This document shows, piece after piece, positions 57,363 to 64,000 of a stretch of 64,000 bases of DNA; position 1 is the first letter of the stretch, and each line of letters opens with the position of its first letter. The DNA is taken from NCBI GenBank assembly GCA_963767405.1, contig CAVYDP010000003.1, positions 52,700-116,699 on the forward strand, given 5' to 3'. This DNA comes from an uncultured Solirubrobacteraceae bacterium (GTDB lineage: Bacteria > Actinomycetota > Thermoleophilia > Solirubrobacterales > Solirubrobacteraceae). The notes beneath the pieces were generated by a model. That model worked only from the letters and a program-made list of their open reading frames with translations, had not been told where the DNA came from and ran no database searches. Both the position numbers and the translations under genes were made by a program.

Positions 57363-58031
57363 ATGTCTACGACGACGAGCAAGCTGAGTGTCACCAGCCG
57401 GCCCGCCGCCGGCTCGCGCGCGGCCCGGCGGCTGCGCCGCAGCGGCCGCGTGCCGGGAGTCATCTACGGCGGGGGCGCCGATTCCGTCGGCTTCGAGGCC
57501 GACGCCCGCGAGCTGCGCCTGGCCCTGGCCGCCTCCGGAGCCGTGCTCGACCTGAGCGTGGACGGCGGCAAAGCGACCCCGGTGGTGCTCAAGGAGGCGC
57601 AGCGGCACCCGGTGCGAGGGGACACGATCCATGTCGACCTGCTTCGCGTCCGCCTCGACCAGGAGATCGGCGCGGTCGTGCCGCTGGAGCTCACCGGCGT
57701 CGAGGAGGCCCCGGGCGTCAAGGAAGGCGGGGTGCTCGAGCAGATCACCCGCGAGCTGAACGTCCAGGCGCTGCCCACCGCCATCCCCGAGTCGATCGTC
57801 CACGACATCGGCGAGATGCAGATCGGCGAGACGATCTCCCTCTCGGCCATCGTCGCGCCCGAGGGCGTGACCCTTCTCGACGACGTCGAGGAGACGGTCG
57901 TCGCGACCCTCTCCCCGCCGCGGCTGCAGGCCGAAGTGGAGGAGGAAATCGAGGCGGAGACAGAGGTCGTGGGCGAGGCCGCCGAGGGCGAGGCCGAGGG
58001 CGGCGACGAGGAAGCCTCGGCCGAGGAGTAG
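57363..58031 (+). CDS. rplY: 50S ribosomal protein L25/Ctc
   Basis: RRLR.SG.VPGVIYG, QRHPV...HVDL, G.KEGG.L, acidic tail. Confidence 0.95.
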   Translation: MSTTTSKLSVTSRPAAGSRAARRLRRSGRVPGVIYGGGADSVGFEADARELRLALAASGAVLDLSVDGGKATPVVLKEAQRHPVRGDTIHVDLLRVRLDQEIGAVVPLELTGVEEAPGVKEGGVLEQITRELNVQALPTAIPESIVHDIGEMQIGETISLSAIVAPEGVTLLDDVEETVVATLSPPRLQAEVEEEIEAETEVVGEAAEGEAEGGDEEASAEE

Positions 58032-58037
58032 CGGCCT

Positions 58038-58655
58038 CTGCGACGCCCCTTCGGTGGCGGTGGCGGAGCCGTCGAGTGGCTCATAGTCGGCCTCGGCAAC
58101 CCGGGACGCGAGCATGCAGCCACGCGGCACAACATCGGCTTCACGGTGGCCGAGGAGCTGGTCGCCCGCTGGGATCTCGGACGTCCGCGAAAGCGCTATG
58201 CCGGCCTGATCGCCGAGGGTCGGGCGGGAGGCCCTCCGGGCACCGCCCGCGGCCCTCGCGTCGCCGTGCTGTGCCCGCAGACCTACATGAACGAGGCGGG
58301 CCGCTCCGTCGGTCCGGCCCGGGGGGCTCTGAAGGTGCCGCTGGAGCGGGTGCTCGTGGTGCATGACGAGATCGACCTGCCCTTCGGCGAGGTGCGCACC
58401 CGGCTCGGAGGCGGCCTCGCGGGCCACAACGGGCTGAAGTCCCTGCGGCGGGAGCTGGGCAGCGCGGACTTCATGCGGGTGCGGGTCGGGGTCGGCCGGC
58501 CGGACTCCACCGATCCGGAGATCGTCTCCTCCTACGTCCTCGGCCGCTTCAGGGAGGGCGAGGAGGCGGTGCGAGAGCTGGTGGACCGCGCCTGCGAGCA
58601 CGTCGAGAGGGTGCTCTCGGGTGATGAGTCGCCGAGCTCCGGGACGGCGGGCTGA
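58038..58655 (+). CDS. pth: Peptidyl-tRNA hydrolase, probable CTG start
   Basis: LIVGLGNPG...TRHNIGF lies upstream of the first GTG (58146). PQTYMN, HDEIDL, GHNGLKS, RVRVGVGRP. Confidence 0.93.
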   Translation: MRRPFGGGGGAVEWLIVGLGNPGREHAATRHNIGFTVAEELVARWDLGRPRKRYAGLIAEGRAGGPPGTARGPRVAVLCPQTYMNEAGRSVGPARGALKVPLERVLVVHDEIDLPFGEVRTRLGGGLAGHNGLKSLRRELGSADFMRVRVGVGRPDSTDPEIVSSYVLGRFREGEEAVRELVDRACEHVERVLSGDESPSSGTAG

Positions 58656-61600
58656 TGGCCGCCCAGGCCGGTTCCCTGCGCACGCTGCTGGGGCTGCTGC
58701 AGGAGGACGAGTCGGCGGTGAAGCTGGCGCGAGAGGGCGGACACGCCTTCGTGTCGGCCTCCCTGCGGCCGTATCTGGTCGCGGCCCTGAGCGATACCGA
58801 CGGGCAGCGCCCGGTCGTGGTGGTCGTGGGCGACGACCGTGCGGCCCGGGACCTCGCGGGCGACCTGCGGGCCTGGCTCGCGCCGCGCAGGGTGCGCTAC
58901 TACCCCTCCAGGGGTGTGGCCTACGAGTCCCACCTCGCTCCCCCGGCCCACCTCGTGGGGCTGAGGGTGGCGGCACTCGACGCCCTGCTCGAGGGGCGTG
59001 GGCGGGAGGAGGCTGCCCCGGTGGTCGTCGTGAGCGCCGTCGCGCTGTCCGAGAAGGTCCCCGACCCGAAGCTGCGCCCGCGCTCCTTCACGCTGCGCGT
59101 GGGGGAGCTGCTCGATCTCGAGGAGTGTGCGGCCGAGCTGGTGGGTGCCGGCTATGAGCGCGTCGACCAGGTCGAGGAGCGCGGCCAGTTCGCGCTGAGG
59201 GGCGGGCTGCTGGACATCTTCCCGGCCACCGAGGAACGGGCGGTGCGGGTGGACATGTTCGACGTCGAGATCGAATCGCTGCGCTGGTTCTCCACCTTCA
59301 CCCAGCGGTCCCTGGGGGAGGCGGAGGAGGTGGAGATCGCCCCGGCCGCCGAGCTCGCGGCCGAGCACCGGGAGCTGGCGGAGATGGCCGCAGAGCAGAT
59401 GCCCGTCGGGGCCACCGGCGAGGCATCCCAGGAGCGTCCGGACATCGCCGAGCTGCTGCCCGTCGATCGGTTCGGGGCCCTGCTCGACCTCGTGGGCGGG
59501 GAGGCCGAGCTGATCGTCGCCGCCGAGGAGGACATCGAGCCGGTGCTCAAGGATCTCTGGAACGACGTCTGCGCGGCCTTCGGGGACACCGACGCCCACC
59601 ACCTCTACGTGAGCCCGCAGAGCATCAGCGAGACCCTGCGCGAGCGCACCCGCATCTGGCTCTCCTCCCTCTCCTCCGGCCAGGAGATCGAGCTGAGGGC
59701 GCAGTCGCCGGACACGGCGGCCCGCTCCCTGGCGGAGGCCGAGCCCCAGCTCGAGAAGCTCGTGCGCTCGGGCTACAGGACGGTCGTCGCCTTCCCCCGC
59801 CGCGGCGAGGGGGAACGGGCCGCCTTCAACCTGGGACGCCTGAAAGCCCAGTGGCTGGGAGAGGACGTCGAGGTCGGCCGCCAGGTGCTGGAGCCCTCCC
59901 TGCGCTTCGCCGCGGCCTCCCTGCGCGAGGGCTTCATCGCCCCGGCCCTCAAGCTCGCGGTCTACCCCGAGCATCGACTGCTGCGCCGTCGCCGGGCGGC
60001 CCCGGCGACCCCGGTGGGAGGGGGCCGCCGGGGTGCCCTGCGCTCCTTCACGGACCTGAGGACGGGCGACATCGTGGTCCACGAGGACCACGGGGTGGCG
60101 CGCTTCGCGGGCTTCGAGACGCGGACGGTGGCCGATGTCACGAGGGACTACCTGTACCTGGAATACCAGGGGGACGACCGCGTCTTCGTGCCCACCGACC
60201 AGCTCGCCAAGATCTCCCGTTACGTGGGGGCGGGCGGGGAGCACCCGCCCCTGAGCAAGCTCGGGGGCACCCGCTGGGAGACGATGAAGGCCAGGGCCCG
60301 TCGGGCCGCCCAGGAGCTCGCCGGGGAGCTGCTGAGCCTCTACGCCGAGCGGCGCAGGCGCAGCGGCCACGCCTTCGGAGCGGACTCCGACTGGCAGAGG
60401 GAGTTCGAGGACCGCTTCCCCTTCACCGAGACGTCCGACCAGCGCGAGGCGATCGAACTGGTCAAGGCCGACATGGAGGCGCCGCGGCCGATGGACCGCC
60501 TGATCTGCGGGGACGTCGGCTACGGCAAGACCGAGGTGGCCCTGCGGGCGGCGTTCAAGGCGGCGGCCGAGGGCAAGCAGGTGCTGATGCTCGTCCCCAC
60601 CACGATTCTCGCCCAGCAGCACTTCGGGACCTTCGCCGAGCGCCTCGCCGACTACCCCTTCACGCTGGAGCACGTCTCGAGGTTCCGCACGGCAGCCGAG
60701 CAGAAAGCGGCCATCAAGGGGTTCGCGGAGGGCAGGGTGGACATCCTGATCGGCACCCACCGGGTCCTCTCGCGGGACGTCCGGGCCAAGGACCTCGGGC
60801 TGCTGATCGTGGACGAGGAGCAGCGCTTCGGGGTCAAGCAGAAGGAGCTCCTGCGCCAGCTCAAGCTGAAGGTGGACGTGATCTCGATGTCGGCGACCCC
60901 GATCCCCCGCACCCTGCAGATGTCTTTGGCGGGGCTGCGGGACATCTCGGTCATCGAGACACCGCCCGAGGGGCGCCGGCCGGTCAGGACCTACGTGGGG
61001 GAGTACGAGGAGGAGCTCGTCAAGCGGGCGATCGAGCGCGAGCGCGAGCGGGGCGGACAGGCCTTCTTCCTGCACAACCGGGTGGACTCCATCGACGAGA
61101 CGGCCGAGCGGCTCCGGGCCCTGTGCCCCGGTGTCCGCTTCGCGGTGGCTCACGGCCAGATGGCCGAGGGGGAGCTGGAGGCGGTGATGATGGACTACCT
61201 GCGCGGCGGGGCGGACGTGCTCGTGTGCACCTCCATCATCGAGTCGGGCATCGACATACCCCAGTCCAACACGCTGATCGTCGAGCACGCCGACACCTTC
61301 GGCCTGGCCCAGCTCTACCAGATCCGCGGCCGGGTGGGGCGAAGCCGCGAGCGGGCCTACGCCTACCTGCTCTACGACTCGGCCGCCGCGCTGACGAGCG
61401 AGGCCGCCCAGCGCCTGTCGGCCCTGTCGGACTACACCGAGCTGGGGGCCGGCTTCAAGATCGCGATGCGCGACCTTGAGATCCGCGGCGCCGGGAACCT
61501 GCTCGGGGACGAGCAGTCCGGGCACGTGGCGGCGCTCGGGTTCGAGCTGTACATGCAGATGCTCGACGAGGCGGTGAGGGCGGCGGGCCCGGAGGGCGAG

Positions 61601-62059
61601 GAGGAGCCAATGGCCGAGCCGGTGCGCCTGGACGTCAACGTGGACGCCTACGTGCCGGCCGACTACATCCCCTACGAGCAGGCGAAGATCGAGGTGCACC
61701 GCAGGATCGCGGGCGCCGTGGAGGTGGCCGAGGTGGAGCGCCTGCGGGAGGAGCTGGAGGACCGCTTCGGACCGGTCCCCGAGCCGCTGGAGAACCTGCT
61801 GGCGCTTCAGCGTGCGCGGATCAAGTTCGGCCAGGCGGGGGCGCGCACGGTCAGCTTCCGCGGGGACCGCCTCGCCGTGGTCCCGATCGAGCTCGACTCG
61901 GTGCGGGCCAGGCGCCTGCGGGAGGAGCTGCCGGACGCCCTCTATGAATCCGGCCGCTCACAGGTCTCCGTGCGGGTGCCCAGAGAGGGCAGGCAGCGAT
62001 TCCCGAGCGTGGTGAGGGCTGCCGATGCGCTGCTCGCCGTCGTGCGCGAAGCGGCTTAG
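58655..62059 (+). CDS. mfd: Transcription-repair coupling factor
   Basis: RGGLLDIFP, VH.DHG, CGDVGYGKTEVA, DEEQRFG, SATPIPRTL, QIRGRVGR, DLEIRGAGN. Confidence 0.97.
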   Translation: MAAQAGSLRTLLGLLQEDESAVKLAREGGHAFVSASLRPYLVAALSDTDGQRPVVVVVGDDRAARDLAGDLRAWLAPRRVRYYPSRGVAYESHLAPPAHLVGLRVAALDALLEGRGREEAAPVVVVSAVALSEKVPDPKLRPRSFTLRVGELLDLEECAAELVGAGYERVDQVEERGQFALRGGLLDIFPATEERAVRVDMFDVEIESLRWFSTFTQRSLGEAEEVEIAPAAELAAEHRELAEMAAEQMPVGATGEASQERPDIAELLPVDRFGALLDLVGGEAELIVAAEEDIEPVLKDLWNDVCAAFGDTDAHHLYVSPQSISETLRERTRIWLSSLSSGQEIELRAQSPDTAARSLAEAEPQLEKLVRSGYRTVVAFPRRGEGERAAFNLGRLKAQWLGEDVEVGRQVLEPSLRFAAASLREGFIAPALKLAVYPEHRLLRRRRAAPATPVGGGRRGALRSFTDLRTGDIVVHEDHGVARFAGFETRTVADVTRDYLYLEYQGDDRVFVPTDQLAKISRYVGAGGEHPPLSKLGGTRWETMKARARRAAQELAGELLSLYAERRRRSGHAFGADSDWQREFEDRFPFTETSDQREAIELVKADMEAPRPMDRLICGDVGYGKTEVALRAAFKAAAEGKQVLMLVPTTILAQQHFGTFAERLADYPFTLEHVSRFRTAAEQKAAIKGFAEGRVDILIGTHRVLSRDVRAKDLGLLIVDEEQRFGVKQKELLRQLKLKVDVISMSATPIPRTLQMSLAGLRDISVIETPPEGRRPVRTYVGEYEEELVKRAIERERERGGQAFFLHNRVDSIDETAERLRALCPGVRFAVAHGQMAEGELEAVMMDYLRGGADVLVCTSIIESGIDIPQSNTLIVEHADTFGLAQLYQIRGRVGRSRERAYAYLLYDSAAALTSEAAQRLSALSDYTELGAGFKIAMRDLEIRGAGNLLGDEQSGHVAALGFELYMQMLDEAVRAAGPEGEEEPMAEPVRLDVNVDAYVPADYIPYEQAKIEVHRRIAGAVEVAEVERLREELEDRFGPVPEPLENLLALQRARIKFGQAGARTVSFRGDRLAVVPIELDSVRARRLREELPDALYESGRSQVSVRVPREGRQRFPSVVRAADALLAVVREAA

Positions 62060-62095
62060 AAACTCGTTAGGCAAATCCGCTAGAGTGCCCGCGTC

Positions 62096-63244
62096 GTGTC
62101 AAAGGTTCGTCTCATCGCGGCGCTTGGCGCCGTTTTGTTTGCCCTGGGGGGGCTGTACGCCTGCGGCGGCATACCCGGCAACGCGGTCGTGCAGGTGGAA
62201 AACACCTCCCTCACCAAAGACGCGTTCAACCACTGGATGAAAGTGGCCGCCGTCTCCACGACGGCCGGGGAACCGAACGCGAAACCGGTCGTGCCCGAAC
62301 CGCCGAACTACACGGCCTGCATCGCCCACCTCGCCGCCACCACGGCGAAACCCGCCAAAGGCCAGAAAGCCCCGAGCACGGCCGAACTCAAGAAGCAGTG
62401 CGAACAGCAGTACAAATCGCTTCAGAGCGAGGTGCTCGGCTTCCTGATCTCCTCGCAGTGGGTGATCGGGGAAGCGAACTCGCTCGGCGTCAAGCTCAGC
62501 GACAAGGAAGTCAAGCAGCAGTTCGAAAAAGTCCGCAACGCCCAGTTCCCCAAGACCGCTGAATTCGAAAAATTCCTGAACAGCTCCGGCCAGACGCTCT
62601 CGGATCTGCTTCTGCGGGTGAAGCTCAACATGCTCTCGCAGAAAATCCAGAAGAAGATCATCGCGAACAAGAGCAAAGTCACCGAAGCCCAGATCGCCAA
62701 GTACTACAACGAAAACAAGTCCCGCTACGGAACCCCGGAAAAACGCAACGTCCAGATCATCCTCACCAAGGACGAAGCCGCCGCGAAGAAAGCCAAGCAG
62801 GAAATCGAATCCGGCAAGAGCTTCTCGAGCGTCGCCAAGAGCGTCTCGATCGACCCCACCAGCAAGGCGAACGGGGGCCAGGTGGAAGTCATCAAAGGCT
62901 CCCAGGAGAAGTCGCTCGACGCGGCGATCTTCTCGACCTCGCCGAACAAGCTCAGCGGTCCCATCAAGACGCCGTTCGGCTACTACGTCTTCGAAGTGAA
63001 GAGCATCAAGCCCGGCAACCAGCAGTCCCTGGCCCAGGTGAAGGCGACGATCAAACAGACGCTGATCTCCACCCAGGAGCAGGCGGCGCTGAGCAAGTTC
63101 GTCAAGGAATTCAAAAAGAAGTGGACCGCGAAAACGGACTGCCGTGCGGGGTATGTGGTCGTGGACTGCAAGCAGTACAAAGCCCCGAAGACGAAAACGG
63201 GCACCGGCACCACCACGACCCCCACCCCCACCACAGGCGGTTAG
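62096..63244 (+). CDS. prsA: PrsA/SurA-like parvulin foldase lipoprotein
   Basis: Lipobox LYAC, SurA-N-like helices, F..VAK..S.D..SK.NGG and SGPIKTPFGY rotamase motifs. Confidence 0.85.
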   Translation: MSKVRLIAALGAVLFALGGLYACGGIPGNAVVQVENTSLTKDAFNHWMKVAAVSTTAGEPNAKPVVPEPPNYTACIAHLAATTAKPAKGQKAPSTAELKKQCEQQYKSLQSEVLGFLISSQWVIGEANSLGVKLSDKEVKQQFEKVRNAQFPKTAEFEKFLNSSGQTLSDLLLRVKLNMLSQKIQKKIIANKSKVTEAQIAKYYNENKSRYGTPEKRNVQIILTKDEAAAKKAKQEIESGKSFSSVAKSVSIDPTSKANGGQVEVIKGSQEKSLDAAIFSTSPNKLSGPIKTPFGYYVFEVKSIKPGNQQSLAQVKATIKQTLISTQEQAALSKFVKEFKKKWTAKTDCRAGYVVVDCKQYKAPKTKTGTGTTTTPTPTTGG

Positions 63245-63277
63245 ACCGGGGGGCAGGGCCCGCTCCCGGGTAGGTGA

Positions 63278-64000
<723 letters not shown>

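Noticed and set aside
58532-61699. Long antisense and alternate-frame ORFs (1055 aa here; also 3134..6286, 16102..18156, 62099..63880)
   Set aside because: Shadows of real genes caused by high GC3. Their composition is uninformative and they carry no motifs.

Overview
High-GC actinobacterial DNA. Gene content and protein style point to Thermoleophilia/Solirubrobacterales (inference). Bases 1-23300 are accessory: a stand-alone TrpB2, two paralogous cytochrome P450s (one with a divergent TetR and a palindromic operator over a consensus promoter), a ~1,470-aa six-module secreted protein divergent from a GAF-EAL phosphodiesterase, lipid-handling genes, tRNA-Val and several internally deleted gene remnants. 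Bases 23400-64000 are core genome: large Alu-type SRP RNA, dnaX-ybaB-recR-ask, a CCG-anchored type E succinate dehydrogenase (sdhABE), aidB, icd, mdh, rsmI-metG-tatD-rsmA-ispE, tRNA-Gln, and glmU-prs-rplY-pth-mfd-prsA-eno. Between about 22.9 and 53 kb most genes, including essential ones, carry 1-bp indels. I read these as consensus or assembly error, so gene boundaries there are stitched across frames and approximate. The best candidate for an undescribed system is at 14554-16108 (minus strand). An exported Pro-rich protein ends in a TM helix, a 27-aa tail and ERPD-stop. Its stop-codon region base-pairs with the Shine-Dalgarno of the downstream anti-sigma-factor antagonist gene, which resembles a SecM/MifM-type arrest-peptide switch coupled to a sigma-factor regulator.
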